A DNA stretch of 64,000 nt, taken from contig NC_135899.1 of assembly GCF_964194155.1 (NCBI RefSeq), positions 31,806,001 through 31,870,000 on the forward strand. Direction: 5' to 3'. How positions within the stretch are numbered: position 1 is the stretch's first letter; each line of letters begins with the position of its first letter. Positions 25,353 to 38,689 of this stretch are shown piece by piece. The notes under the pieces were generated by a model. It did not search any database. It was not told where the DNA came from and worked only from the letters and a program-made list of their open reading frames with translations. The position numbers and the translations under genes were made by a program. The stretch is from Cetorhinus maximus (Eukaryota).

Positions 25353-28300
25353 GTTCAGAGCTCTGTACAGCTGGAACATAACTTCCACAAGGACACAGTT
25401 GGTTTTGGGGAGGAGAAGTTGTGGGTTATCTTTTCTCTTCGGGATGATCCTGGAGTAATGAGCAGTTTTGGCAGAGGAAAGCAGGACCACTAGTGCTTGA
25501 TGTGGTCCAGTCAGATCTGGTGATTGATGGCTAAACCAGCTGTGAACCAGATACGCTCAAATATTCATCCCTTGAATTTGAAAAGCAGGGAGATTGACCA
25601 GGAAGGAAGAGATTAAAGGTAAATTTTGGGAGCATGGGTGTAGAAGGTGGATATGAGGCAGTGGTTAAACCAGATTGATGGCTACAGGAGCATTGTGGTG
25701 AATGGAGGTCCAAAAAGGCAGAGAGTTGGGAATTTGAAAGTGCTGTCCAACTCACTGGAGGAAGAGCGTCTTCCAGGAGTGGAAACTGATTGATCCATGG
25801 ACCCTCGTGACCACTGGATCTCTCTATCCATTGGTGGGTTTGTATGAGGGAAATGAGCTCCATCCTGTGTCAGTAAAGTTCGGTGTCATTTCTGACCATC
25901 GGAATTGGGAGCCAGACTAAAGCGCAGGGATTTTAAAGAAACCTCTGTCTGTAGTATTCTGAGAGTTTCTCCTGATGTGTGTGTGTGTGTGTGTTAGTAA
26001 AGTGAGCCAGCTCTCAGGAGTGGGTATAGGGTAGAATCAGACCCTGCTCTAGTCGGTGATGTGAACTATAGACAGATCCTCTTTTGGTGATGGGTGTTTG
26101 ACTTAATACCGTGGGGAATGTTTGTACTCTCCTGTCTGGGAGGACAGCTATCCTGAGTATGGTGAGGGAGTGGGAGTGAGTCTCTACAGACCCGAGTTCC
26201 CTCAACCCATCATACCTCGATGTAATAAACATTACACTCTTCCAAGATTCTTAACGGGCAGAATTTTATGGCGGTGGGATATTATAGTCCTGCCGAAGGA
26301 AATGGACTTTTAAATGGCTTGCCGGATTTTACGGTCTTGCCCCAGCACCACAGAGTTATAAAATGCCACCTATTGTGATGCTGATTGTCTGCTGTTTTAT
26401 CATTCCTCTGTATGGATTTATAACTCACAATAAATTCATTTATCTTAACACAAAATACTCAGCATGGTGTTCTTATTCACTGAAACGCTCTGGAGCCTAC
26501 AGTGAGTCCTGTGCACAATAGGTTGGTCAATGTCACTGTGGGCTGGTTTACTTTCTCCATCAATGGGTTTATAATTTCCAGTTTACAGGAAGCATAATGT
26601 TTCCTGAAGAAAGAAACAAAGACTTGCATTTATATATCAACTTCTACAGACTCAGGATGTCCAAAAGCACTTTTACTGCCAGTGAAGTACTTCATGAAGA
26701 ATAGTCACCATTGTATGGTAGCAAATGTTGAAGCCAATTTTTGCACAGTAAACTTCCACAAACAGCTATGTGATAATGACCAGACAATCTGTTCTGGTGA
26801 AATTGATTGTAGCATCCATAGACCAGAACACCAGTGATAGCTCCCCTGGTGTTCCATGACATGTTGTCATGCGATCTTTTCCTTTCACTTGAGAGAGCAG
26901 ACTGGGCCTTGGCTTAACTCATGTGAGAGACAGTGCAGCACTCCCTCAGTACTGCGCAGGGGTGTCAGCCTCAGTGCTCAAGTCTCTGGAGTGAGACTTC
27001 AACTCACAACCTTCTGACTCAGAGGCGAGAGTGCTAAGTCACGGCTGATAATATATTTCTGCTTTATTAGGTTCAGTTTCTAAGGGGTTAAATCCCAAGG
27101 CTGTGTACAGAATGCTTTTCCCCTGTAAACTGACAGCCTGAAAGTTTGATTTGATTTAAAGTGGTAACTAGTTAGAGCTGCAGGTGTCAGTGTTGTCTTT
27201 GTGTCTGGGTTCCTGAAGCTGTGAAAGGTGGTAAAGTCCCTGGTGTCAGCTGGAATGGACATCTTTAGGGATTGTCTTCAATCAGTACTGCTGATTAACC
27301 ATTCTGCTTTCATTCACTCATGAAAGTTCTATTGTTTAGGCACAGTTCTAACAGTCTGTCAGGAATAAAACTCGAGGAATAGCCCACTCTTCCCAAGAAA
27401 GCTCAGTGTTAGTTTTAGAGAGATTTTTGAGATTGTTCAAATCCCTCCATGGCCTCTCCCCTCCCTATCTCTGTAATCTCTTCCACCCCTCAGTCCTGCA
27501 CTGGAGTGTCAGCCATGATCTTTTGTGCTGAACTCCTGGAGTGGGACTTGAACCCACAACCCTCTGACTCAGAGAGCAAGGTTGTGGGTTCAAATCCAAA
27601 TCCAGATGGATTATTCCATGAACATGGATTAAAATTGTTGTCAGGGCCACACGAATAATTCCTCAGGCTCTGGGCTCCCTGTACAAACCCCAACCACCAT
27701 TTATTGAAACACAAACATGTTGTAAAAAGAGTGAAGAAATTATCCTGTCGATGTTTACACACTGCATTGATCATGAAACCAATCAGATCACAATGTACCA
27801 CCCGTGAATAAAACTGCTTCAGTTGGTCACAAACATTTTTAAAATGGTTGTTTTGAGTAAAACTCATTATAAACATGCAACCAGAAACACATCAGTTGCT
27901 GCTGAGTGTTTACACTCATTTTTTTTTAGCATAATCCAGTTCAAATTGACCATATCAGGAAGTTTAAATGTAAGTTACGTCAAGCGTAAATCGAACTTTT
28001 GTGATCGTTAACGCTGGCTTATTAAACATCTCCCAGGAAGCTGGTGCCAACCACAGAAATGACCACGGCCCCAGATGGGAATAATGAGAGTGGTGAGTTT
28101 CTGCCGATTGCGCCTGTTTGAGGCGGCTCTTCAAATTACACTCAGGGTTTCTGGTCATTCAGGCACCAACAGTCAGTCATATTCATGGCTCCAGTCTACA
28201 TGCTGTGGCCAGCAATTACTACAGGCCCACAGATAATAGCTTACTTCAGATCTGTCATGTGATGTCAATAAATCATGAAAAGAAATCAAACTGTGTGTAT

Positions 28301-29046
28301 CCAAACTTCATTCTTTTTTTGTTATTTTAAATTGGGCTTAGAAATTAGCTGCTACAGGTCACATGATTAAAGATCGGTAACTGGTCTGGAAGCTACCAAC
28401 GGAGATTACAAGAACAAAAGAATTCCACTTTCATCCTTGTGTAATGTCAAACCTCATTGTAAGCCCACATCATAATTAGGATTATAATGTTATATTATAA
28501 CATTATACACATTATAATTTGTTTTAGTTTGTAATTACCAAACTAGATGAATAACAGATGAACTGACACCCCCAGTCGGGGGATGACTACAAAGACAGAC
28601 ACATCAAAACTCGTTACACCCGACCAAGTGGTAACAGCCATCATTTTGCTCCTAAAGGAAACAACGGATTTTGGCCAGAAGCAAAGAAAATTGCAATGTT
28701 GCAATTAACTCATCAATGGGCGATGCTAAATGGCCCCATGTTAGATCGTTTTAATATTATATTTCAGGCCTCACAGCTCAGATTGCTGACTTAACATCAA
28801 CCGGAAAGAACTCCTGACTAACCAGCTGCCCAACAACTCTCAACTTCTCTAAACCTGTTTGGCTTTAAAAGTCTGTGATTACTGCTTGCCAAACAGTTTA
28901 AGCATAGATATTCCATGATGCTACATCAACATTCGGTTCAAGGATTTTGCTGTTGCTGTCTACAAACAGAAGCTCATTTAGACTGAACTCCACACTAGCT
29001 GATATGCGCAGGATGTGTATGTGTGTCTGTGTGTATATGCATATGG

Positions 29047-31320
29047 GAGGGTGGAGGGATGGTGTGTGTGTGTTTGTGGGGGAGGGAGGTGTGTGGGGGG
29101 GGGGCGGGGGGATGGTGTGTGTGTGTGTGTGGGAGGGGAAGGTGTGTGGCGGTGGAGGGTGTGTGTGTGTGTGTGGGGGGGGGGAAGGTGTGTGGGGGGG
29201 GGTGGTGTGTGGGGGGGGATGGTGTGTGTGGGGGGGAGGATGGTGTGTGTGGGGGGGAGGATGGTGTGTGTGGGGGGAGGATGGTGTGTGGGGGGGGATG
29301 GTGTGTGTGGGGGGGAGGATGGTGTGTGTGTGGGGGCGGTGGTGTGTGTGGGGGGTGGATGGTGTGTGTGTTTGTGGGTGGGGAGAAGGTGTGTGTGGGG
29401 GGGGAAGGTGTGTGTGTGGGGGGGGACAAGGTGTATGTGGGGGAGGGATGGTGTGTGTGTGGGGGGGGGGATGGTGTGTGTGGGGGGGGATGGTGTGTGT
29501 GTGGGGGATGGTGTGTGGGGGGAATGGTGTGTGTGGGGGGGGGTGGTGTGTGGGGGGGGGCGATGGTGTGTTGGGGGGATGGTGTGTGGGGGGGGGTTGG
29601 TGTGTGGGGGGGATGGTGTGTGTGTGTTGGGGGGGATGGTGTGTGGGGGAGGTTGGTGGTGTGGGGGGGGATGGTGTGTGTGTGGGGGGGGGATGGTGTG
29701 TGGGGGGGGGTGGTGTTTGGGGGGGATGGTGTGTGTGTGTGTGGGGAATGGTGTGTGTTGGGGGGGATGGCGTGTTGGGGGGGATGGTGTGTGGCGGGGG
29801 ATGGTGTGTTGGGGGGGATGGTGTGTGGCGGGGGATGGTGTGTGGGGGGGGGATGGTGTGTTGAGGGGGAAATGGTGTGTGTGTGTGGGGGGAGATGGTG
29901 TTTGGGGGGGGAAAGGAGATGGTGTAGGGGGGCAATGATGTTTGGGGGGGATGGTGTGTGTGTGTGTGGGGGGGAGATGGTGTTTGGGGGGGATGGTGTG
30001 TGTGGGGGGTGATGGTGTTTGGGGGGGCTGTGTGGGGGGGGATGGTGTGTGTGTGTGGCGGGATGGTGTGTGTGTGGCGGGGGGGGAGATGGTGTTTGGG
30101 GGGGGATGGTGTGTGTGTGTGGGGGGGAGATGGTGTTTGGGGGGGGGGTGGTGTGTGTGGGGGGAGATGATGTTTGGGGGGGATGGTGTTTGGGGGGGGA
30201 TGGTGTTTGGGGGGGGATGGTGTGTGTGGAGGGGGGAGATGGTGTTTGGGGGGGGATGGTGTGTGTGTGTGGGGGGAGATGGTGTTTGGGGGGGGATGGT
30301 GTGTGTGGGGGGGGGAGATGGTGTTTGGGGGGGATGGTGTTTGAGGGGGGATGGTGTGTGTGGGGGGCGGGAGATGGTGTTTGGGGGGGGATGGTGTGTG
30401 TGGAGGGGGGTGATGGTGTTTGGGGGGGGATGGTGTGTGTGTGTGGGGGGGGGGAGATGGTGTTGGGGGGGGATGGTGTGTGTGTGTGGGGGGGAGATGG
30501 TGTGTGGGGGGGGGAGATGGTGTTTGGGGGGGGATGGTGTTTGAGGGGGGATGGTGTGTGTGTGTGTGGGGGGGATGGTGTTTGGGGGGGGGTGATGGTG
30601 TTTGGGGGGATGGTGTGTGTGTGTGGGGGGGGGGGAGATGGTGTTGGGGGGGATGGTGTGTGTGTGTGTGGGGGGGAGATGGTGTGTGGGGGGGGGGATG
30701 GTGTTTGAGGGGGGATGGTGTGTGTGTGTGTGGGGGGGATGGTGTTTGGGGGGGGATGGTGTGTGTGGGGGGGGGTGATGGTGTTTGGGGGGGATGGTGT
30801 GTGTGTGTGGGGGGGGGGAGATGGTGTTGGGGGGGATGGTGTGTGTGTGTGTGGGGGGGAGATGGTGTGTGGGGGGGGGAGATGGTGTTTGGGGGGGGAT
30901 GGTGTGTGTGGGGGGGGGGAGATGGTGTTTGGGGGGGGGATGGTGTGTGTGTGTGTGTGTGGGGGGGATGGTGTTTGAGGGGGGATGGTGTGTGTGTGGC
31001 GGAGGGGGAGATGGTGTTTGGGGGGGATGGTGTGTGTGTGTGTGTGGGGGGGCGGGATGGTGTGTGTGTGGGGGGGCGGGGGTGCTGTGTGTGTGGGGGG
31101 GATGGTGTGTGTGTGTGGGGGGGCGGGGGTGATGTGTGGGGGAGGGGGGGGATGGTGTGTGTGTGTGGGGGGGGAGGGGAGATGGTGTGTGTGTGTGGGG
31201 GGGGGCGGGGGTGATGTGTGGGGGAGGGGGGGGATGGTGTGTGTGTGTGGGGGGGGGCGGGGGTGATGTGTGGGGGAGGGGTGTGATGGTGTATGGGGGA
31301 GGTGGGGGGGGCGGTGGAGC
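29047..31320. repeat. G-rich degenerate minisatellite (GATGGTGTGTGTG/TTT-G5-10), predicted G-quadruplex-prone
   Basis: About 2.3 kb of ~15-25-bp units, each ending in a G-run; extreme G/T strand skew. Confidence 0.95.
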
Positions 31321-31599
31321 GCTGGTTAAGGAAGGTCCATTGGCGGTGGCTGCGATCCTGGTCCACGCCGCCCGGGGCTGGGATTTACAGGTGCGCACCT
31401 CATAATCCAGCCCCGCCCACGTGACTTCCGCTCGCACATCGCGCTTGCTCAGATTCGAACTCCAGAATATTGGACGCCAACCGCCGCTGCGCGCGTCAGA
31501 ACGACAACCCCCAGCAGGCCTCGCGGGCTGGAATTCTCCTTGATTCAATTCTATTGAACCTCACTGAGCAGGCGTGGTTCCATGGGTGCTCTGTTTGCC

Positions 31600-31888
31600 C
31601 GCGTGTGTGAGCCTGTCTCCACAGCGCGTGCGTGAGCCTGTCTCCACAGCGCGTGCGCAGAACCCCCTAACGCACTGGGTCGATCCGCCGCACCCTTCTC
31701 TGTGATTGGCTGAGTAGCCTGATTAACATTTTTATTGTGGGCGGGTTTGTAATGTATTTCTGTCGTTGATTGGCTGCGAGGGACGTCAATCAGAGAGCCC
31801 CACCCATTCTGCCCATTCTCTCCTCTTCCCCTTCCACAGCTGGTTCACTTCCTGTAGGGACTGAAAACCAAGTGAGGAGATGGTGAGT
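31600..31888 (+). promoter_or_regulatory. CpG-rich promoter and first exon of ZNF copy 3
   Basis: Duplicated gagcctgtctccacagcgcgtgcg with NRF1-like GCGCGTGCGC, ATTGG (31705, 31769), GGGCGG, GACGTCA (31782), CACTTCCTG (31846), ATG 31880-31882 then GTGAGT. Confidence 0.7.
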
Positions 31889-34265
31889 GAAGGAACAGAA
31901 TTTATAATAATTACATCACATAATATCCAGTTGTAATTCTTGACCAGATGTGGGATCACTGGTCACTGAGGATCTACACTGAGTCTACTTCCCTAGTGAT
32001 GATTAACATGGTGAAATACTCATTCATCAGTTGGGAGGGGAGAGGTAGTTTTCCTTGAACTTGTTTGACCTGAAGCCATGAGACTCCATGGAGTTAATAT
32101 TGAGACTTCCCCACCTGCCAGTGGGATGGGACATACCCAGGGATGGTGACGGAGGAGTCTGGGATGTTTCCAGATTGATACGATTCAGTGAGTATCACTG
32201 CTACTTGACCAGTCTGTGGGGCAGCTCTCCTCACTTGGGTACTTGTCCTCTGAGCTTTTCTTCAGTCTAAATGTCACAATCAAGCACAAGGATGGGTGAA
32301 ATAATAGTGTTTTTTCATTTGGAGGTAAGATATGGATTGGTTAACTGGGAAACTACTGTGCACATGTTTTGCTCCTAGTCCTGCTGCTCATGTTCTTGAC
32401 TACAAGTCACAGGCCTTCATATCCTTTGGAGGTTGAGTGACAGAATTGTAAGATGTATCTCCTTAGAAGTAAATGCATATCATAGAATAACAAATGCATA
32501 TGACTACTATTTGATCGGATATGGGGCAGCTCTCATCACTTGGGGATTTGTCCGCAGATGTTGGTAAGAGAAACTTTCACTGGACTGAGATCAGCTTAAT
32601 CTTATTCTGACATAAAGCCAGAATTGTCCAGATTTGCTCTTATTATTGGATTATTTATCATTATTTGCTGGCCACTTTGGAGAGCAGCTCAGAGTCAAAC
32701 ATGTTGTGTGGGACTGGAGTCACGTGTAGACCAGGCCAGGCATTTGTAGCAGGTTCCCTTTCCTGAAGGACAACGTGAAAGTTTTCATATTTTTATTTTG
32801 ATTCTATTCCACAAATTGAAAAATTTAATAAATTCAGTTTCACAACATGGAGTGATTGAGGTGAATATCATAGGTGCCTTTAACGGAAAATTGGATCAGC
32901 ACATGAGGGAGAAAGGAACAGAAGGATATGCTAATGGGGTAAGATGAAGAGGGGTGAGAGGAGGCTTGTATGGAGCATAAACACCAGCATGCACCAATTG
33001 GGCTGAATGGCCTGTTTCTGCACTGTAATTCTATGTATGTAACTTTCCGTGGTTGGATTTGAATTCTCAATCTCTGGATTGTTAATCCAGCACCATAGCA
33101 ATTCGGCTGTCATACCTGGAGACACATTTATTGAAATGTCTTTTAATGCCTTCCTTAAAGATTTTACCTGAAGGCATCGGCCTTTCCCAAAAGCCTGGGC
33201 TTGGATTTGATAGTTTTGCCCAGTGTTGTGGCTGATAGCTGAATTTGGGATGTGCAGTCTGAGCGAGTGCAGTGTATCTAATTTCCCAGGATAAACCAGA
33301 ACCCTTCAATCAGCTACACTGAAGCAATATTTTCCTTAGCTTCTAGCACTTCCTGTTCAGTGTGTTTTCTCCAAATAATTTCGGAAAAGAAGGAAGAAAC
33401 TTCAAAATCTCAATTAAATTAACATTTCTCCTGAGTGTTTATTTTTATATTAAGGGGTAAAACTGGTCTTCCAGCATGACTCGAGCTCATAGTGGAGTGA
33501 TAGCCCGTTTTACACTCCGCCCGACTGTCTTTTCCTCATGGTGCCTGGGAAGATGGGGGTCTGGGCGGAGGAAAGAAAGAAGCCATGTTGTCTGCTCCTG
33601 GTCACTATCCAGTGTCCCTGCTGGAAACAGAGGGGTGTGTAACAGTCAAGTGAGGAAAAAGAAAGGACTTGCATCTGATCCCCCACATAGGGGAATAGCA
33701 GACTGGCACTCACTGTGGAACAGTCTCTAACTGATGAGCCAGACTCTTCAGCAAAGGAGGAGAGGGAGTTGGAGTAAATCATGTTTCCTTTTCCTGTTTT
33801 ACAGAAGGATTGTACCGTACTACACCAGAGAATACAGAGAGGATAGACACCACAGATAGATCCTGACCATCACCCAAGGAACAACTGCACAACTGTGGGA
33901 AGATATCCAGTCCCTTCACAGCATTGCTCAATATAGAGAAGATCGGACGGTGAAACCATCATCTGGGTCAGGGGAGCTTTGACATATCATCAGATCTGAA
34001 ACTGGTCATTGGTGTGGAACCTTCGATCAGAACCAACCTTTCCGAAGGTTCGGCTGTGGGTGATCGGTCAGGGTGAGGCTGGGAAGAAGTGTGAGTGGGC
34101 TCCAAGTGTGGTGAGAGCTTCAATCATTCATCGAGCCTCATGAACCACTGACTCATTCCTACAGGTGAGAGGCTGTTCAAGTGTGAGGTGGGCTCCACAA
34201 GCTCATGAGGTCTCCTAACACACAAGGTGCACCTGTTGTGCAGCTGTTGACGCAAGGGCAGCCGA

Positions 34266-35372
34266 ATGGAGGAGAAACCTTTCAAATGTAAGGTTTGCGA
34301 CAAAGGTTTTGTGACATCTACGAGGCTCCTGATTCACCAGCGGATTCACACAGGAGAGAAACCCTTCTGGTGTGAAGTTTGTGAGATGGCTTTCACCCAA
34401 TCCTCCCATCTCCTTTCACACCAGAGGATTCACACAGGGGAGAAGACCTTCTCATGCCGGGTGTGCGATAAATCATTCTCACAGTCATCAACCTTCCTTG
34501 ATCACCAACGCATTCACAGTGGGGAGAAACCATTCACATGTGAGGTATGCAGCAAATCCTTTGCACAGTTGTCGACCCTTCGAGTACACCAACGCGTTCA
34601 TACAGGGGAGAAACCATTCATTTGCAAGGTGTGCAGCAAGTCATTCTCACAGTCATCAAATCTCCGTGCACACCAACGCATTCACACTGGGAAGAAGCCG
34701 TACATATGTGAGGTGTGTAATACATCATTCTCATACCCATCAAACCTCCGCAAACACCAATACCTTCACACTGGGAAGAAACCATTCAAGTGTGAGGTGT
34801 GTGACCAAGCCTTCGCATTGTTAGCGACACTTGTGACTCACCAACATATTCACACTGGGGAGAAGCCATTCAAGTGCGAGGTGTGCGACAAATCATTTTC
34901 GCAGTCATGGACTCTCCTTGTACACCAGCGCATTCACACCGGGGAGAAGCCATTCATGTGTGAGGTGTGCAACAAATCATTCACGCGGTCTTCGACCCTC
35001 CTCCAACACCAACGTATTCACACCGGGGAGAAGCCATTCACATGCGAGGTGTGCAACAAATCGTTCTTACGATCATCAACTCTCCTTGAACACCAACGCA
35101 TTCACACTGGGGAGAACCCATTCATGTGCGACGTGTGCAATAAATCATTCTCACGGTCATCAACCCTCGCCATACACCAACGCATTCATACTGGGGAGAA
35201 ACCATTCGCTTGCGAGGTGTGTGACAAATCATTCTCAGACTCATCGAACCTCCGGAAACACCAACGCATTCACACAGGGGAGAAACCATTCACGTGTGAC
35301 AAGTCCTTCTCAAGGTCATCGAAACTCTTGCTCCATCAAAGCATCCACATGGGAGTACCCCTCCAAGTATGA
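34266..35372 (+). CDS. C2H2 zinc-finger array protein, 12 intact + 1 degenerate finger
   Basis: 368-aa ORF MEEKPFKC...; last finger has lost three residues (FTCDKSF). Confidence 0.93.
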   Translation: MEEKPFKCKVCDKGFVTSTRLLIHQRIHTGEKPFWCEVCEMAFTQSSHLLSHQRIHTGEKTFSCRVCDKSFSQSSTFLDHQRIHSGEKPFTCEVCSKSFAQLSTLRVHQRVHTGEKPFICKVCSKSFSQSSNLRAHQRIHTGKKPYICEVCNTSFSYPSNLRKHQYLHTGKKPFKCEVCDQAFALLATLVTHQHIHTGEKPFKCEVCDKSFSQSWTLLVHQRIHTGEKPFMCEVCNKSFTRSSTLLQHQRIHTGEKPFTCEVCNKSFLRSSTLLEHQRIHTGENPFMCDVCNKSFSRSSTLAIHQRIHTGEKPFACEVCDKSFSDSSNLRKHQRIHTGEKPFTCDKSFSRSSKLLLHQSIHMGVPLQV

Positions 35373-35770
35373 GATTTACAATAAAGCTTTCACGACATCT
35401 TTGACCCTGCTGGCTCTCCAGAGGATTCATAGAGGGAGAAAGTATTTTAAGTGCGATGTTTTTAACAAGGCTTTCACGTAATTTCTCCAATCTTCTAAAG
35501 CGCCAGAGGATTCACACTGGTGAGAAACCATTCCGGCGTGAAGTCTGTGACAAGGTCTTCACACAGCCAGCATATCTCCTGGTCCATCAACATAGTCACA
35601 CAGGGCATGAACCCTATCAGTGTGAGTTCTGTAAATAAAGCCTTCATACAGTTGTCAGATCTCTTGGAACATCAGTGAACCCACATGGGAGACAAACCCT
35701 TCCAGTGTGACGTGTGCCAGGATTGTTTCACCTACTCCTCTCTCGCCATATACCAACGCCTCCACACGGA
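35373..35770 (+). pseudogene. Decayed zinc fingers 3' of ZNF copy 3
   Basis: [31 protein letters not shown] remnants with stops. Confidence 0.75.
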
Positions 35771-36562
35771 CTTGGAGCCGGGTCACCTGCTTCCATTACA
35801 CTGAGAGTTGTCTGTGTTGTTTACCCTCCAGCGTTCACACAGGGGAGCTGTGGTTCCAAAGCACTGTCTGTCTCAGCAGCGTCTATCTCAAACTTTCCCA
35901 CCATCAGTTCAATCATTTCAAGAAGATCAATTTAACCTTTGACCAGATCGCAAGACATCACCAAATGAAGATAGCAATATGCATAGAAGCTCCTGTATAA
36001 ACTCAGCATCCTTTCAGTGCAACGTCAAGTACAAGTCACTCACTGACTCTCACTCTGACCATGAAGGCAATCAGATACTCGGTGGTTAGAAAGGCTTCAG
36101 CTTCTGATCTACCAGCATAAGCACCCTGGAGAGGAGCCATTCCTGGGATAGTAATGGAGGGACTTCAGTTAGCCTTAGTATCTCTGGTCTATGGAGGGGG
36201 AGAGTCAGCCAGGAATCCCGTTCCTCATCGGTGACCCCAGCTGGGAATTCAGGGGGAGGGCAGGATGTGTCTCGGCTGTGACAGTCTCCATTGTCTCACA
36301 TTCACTGTCTGGGTCTACACATGCTGAATGGCCACTCGAACAGAGCACTAGAGGCCAATCAATGTCCACAGTCTGTACTGCAGGTCAGTACCTTGAGGAC
36401 TGGAGAGAATGTGAGATGGGAAAGAGGGCATCAACTCTTCAACAACAACTTGCATTTATACAGCGCCTTTTAATATAGTAAAATATCCCAAGGTGTTTCG
36501 TACAGACATAATCAGAGAAAAATTAACACTGAGACAAAGTAGGAGATATGAGGAGGGGATGT

Positions 36563-36945
36563 CACTGTGTCTCGGGGAGGATTTTCTCAGCTACAGGAAG
36601 TTGGTGATTCAGGAGAATGTGTGTCAGGATTGTCCTTGCTCTGGACAAGAGGGAAATACCTCAATAGTTTCCACAGTGTGATTTATCTCCCTTTTGGGAG
36701 ATAGTTACATTCCTGAAGTCGGAGTTCTTTTTTCTCCAAAATTCCAAGGATGAGTTCACGGAGTCCTGATGTGAGCAGAAGTCCACCAGCTTTGAAGACC
36801 TCAGCTGGAATACCATCGGGGCCACAGGCTGAGCCTCTGTGGATTGTGCTCCAATGATTTGGATGTCCAAGAAACTTCATCACAATCCTGCAATTGCTTG
36901 CAACCGTCTTGAGAGGGGGATCAGAAACAGAAGACTTCAAAATCC
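36563..36945. mobile_element. Internally deleted copy of the inverted RTE of unit 2
   Basis: Minus 36563-36830 (ACGPDGIPAEVFKAGG..ILPETQ), then plus 36831-36945 matching ~21940-22060. Confidence 0.8.
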
Positions 36946-36949
36946 TGGC

Positions 36950-37290
36950 TAGGGGAGGCAATGGCGTAGTGATATTGTTGCTGGACTAGTAATCCAGAGA
37001 CCCAGGGTAAAGCTCTGGGGACCCGGGTTTGAATCCCACCACAGCAGATGGTGGAATTTGAATTCAATAAAAATCTGGAATTAAAAGTCTGATGACCATG
37101 AAACCATTGTCGATTGTTGTAAAAACCCACCTGGTTCACTGATGTCCTTTAGGGAAGGAAATACCTGGTCTGGCCTACATGTGATTCCGGACCCACAGCA
37201 ATGTGGTTGTCTCTTAAATGCCCTCTGAGCAAGGCCAATTGAGCTGGCCTAGCCAGTGACGCCTACATCCCATTAATGAATTTTTAAAAA
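36950..37290 (+). mobile_element. tRNA-head SINE
   Basis: A box tggcgtagtgat, B box gtttgaatccc, LINE-like tail and A-rich end. Confidence 0.8.
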
Positions 37291-37309
37291 AAATCAAGGC
37301 TGCGTGATA

Positions 37310-37790
37310 TCCCCAGAAAAGATTCACGAGAATGGCTCCAGGGATGAAGAACTTTAGTTATGAAGAAAGATTGAAGAAGTAAGGATGGCTTTCCTTGGAG
37401 AAAAGATGGCTAAGTAGATTTGACAGAGGTAGTCAAAATCATGAGGGGTCTGGACAGAGTAGATAGGGAGAAACTGTTCCCACTTGCGAAAGGTTCAAGG
37501 GTGAGTGGGAACAGTTTAAAGTAATTAGTAAAAGAAGCAAAAGCAATATGAACAAAAACTTTTTCACGCAGCGAGTGGTTGAGGTCAGGAATACTCTGCC
37601 TGAGTGTGTGGTGCAGGCAAGTTCAATTAAAGCACCCAGTAAGGAGTTAGACAGTTATCTGAAAATGAAGAATGTGCAGGCTTACAGGGAGAAGGTGGGA
37701 GAATAGCACGAACTGAATTGCACATTCAGAGTGCTGGTGCAGACATGATGGGTCGAATGACATCCTACTGCACTGTAACTATTCTGCGAG
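37310..37790 (+). mobile_element. CR1 3' end
   Basis: Decayed RFTRMAPGMKNFSYEERL..FFTQRVV text and CR1 3' UTR. Confidence 0.75.
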
Positions 37791-37904
37791 TATTAGTATT
37801 AGCCATTTATCACTTGATAGAAGTCTCCAGTGTTCTGAAGTGGGTTAATTGAGGATCTCCAGCTCAATACATCTGCTCTTCTATGTGTAAAAACATCTGC
37901 AATC

Positions 37905-38295
37905 AGGGGAGTTGGTGACCTAGTGTTAACATCACTGGACTAGTAATCCAGAGGCCCAGGCTAATGTTCTGGTGGCAAGGGCGCAAATCCCATCACGGCA
38001 GCTGGTGGAATTTGAATTCAAGTAGTAATCTGGAATTGAAAAGCTAGCTTCAGTAATGGTGACTATGAAACCATTGTCGATTGTTGTAAAAACCCATCTT
38101 GTTCATTAATGTCCTTTAGGGAAGGAAATCTGCCGTCCTTACCTGGTCTGGCTGGGACTGCAGACCCACAGCAATCTGGTTGACTCTTAACTGCTCTCTG
38201 AAATGGTGTGGCAATTCACTCAGTTCAAGGGCAATTAGGGATGGGCAATGAATGCTGGCTTTGCCAGTAATGCCACATCCCATGAAAGAATAAAT
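37905..38295 (+). mobile_element. tRNA-head SINE
   Basis: Same head/body as 56174-56487 joined directly to the tail seen at 59431-59505. Confidence 0.8.
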
Positions 38296-38689
38296 TAATT
38301 TTAATAAAAGGTGATTATCCCAGAGGCAATGACTTGATTAAACTACATGCTGTAAGGGTCAATTTCCATTCAAAGTTCAGTGATCATCCTAATCGTTTCA
38401 GTTCAAATGTCAGTCGCTTCTACTTTGAACAAATCCATGTACAATACAATAATGCATCTGTTTGGTTAAAAGACATTTAAATATGAACATCTTTTGCTTG
38501 TGTAGAGAGTTAGTCCACATCCAAACCACCAAAGGATGTTCATGGAGGGGACGCATGGATACTCTTGGCCTTGGCTCGCATTGGTTAATATGTATGGTTA
38601 TTTGGGATGCTTTATGAATAAAATTGGTCCTATTCAGTCACTGAATTAATGGCCCTGATATTTGTCTCAGCATGGCACTTAAAAAAGCA

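Larger units (their letters stand above)
15712..27990 (+). repeat. Segmental duplication unit 2
   Basis: 15712-17760 matches 31980-34260; 16520-27990 matches 455-7700 apart from unit-specific insertions and deletions. Confidence 0.85.

Noticed and set aside
28898-31548. 822-aa and 856-aa Pro/His/Thr-rich ORFs and overlapping Gly/Val/Cys/Trp ORFs
   Set aside because: Open in nearly all frames because the G/T satellite lacks stop codons; no coding signal
36950-37040. tRNA genes at A/B-box motifs (also 41850, 42806, 56174)
   Set aside because: No complete cloverleaf seen; they continue into SINE/LINE bodies
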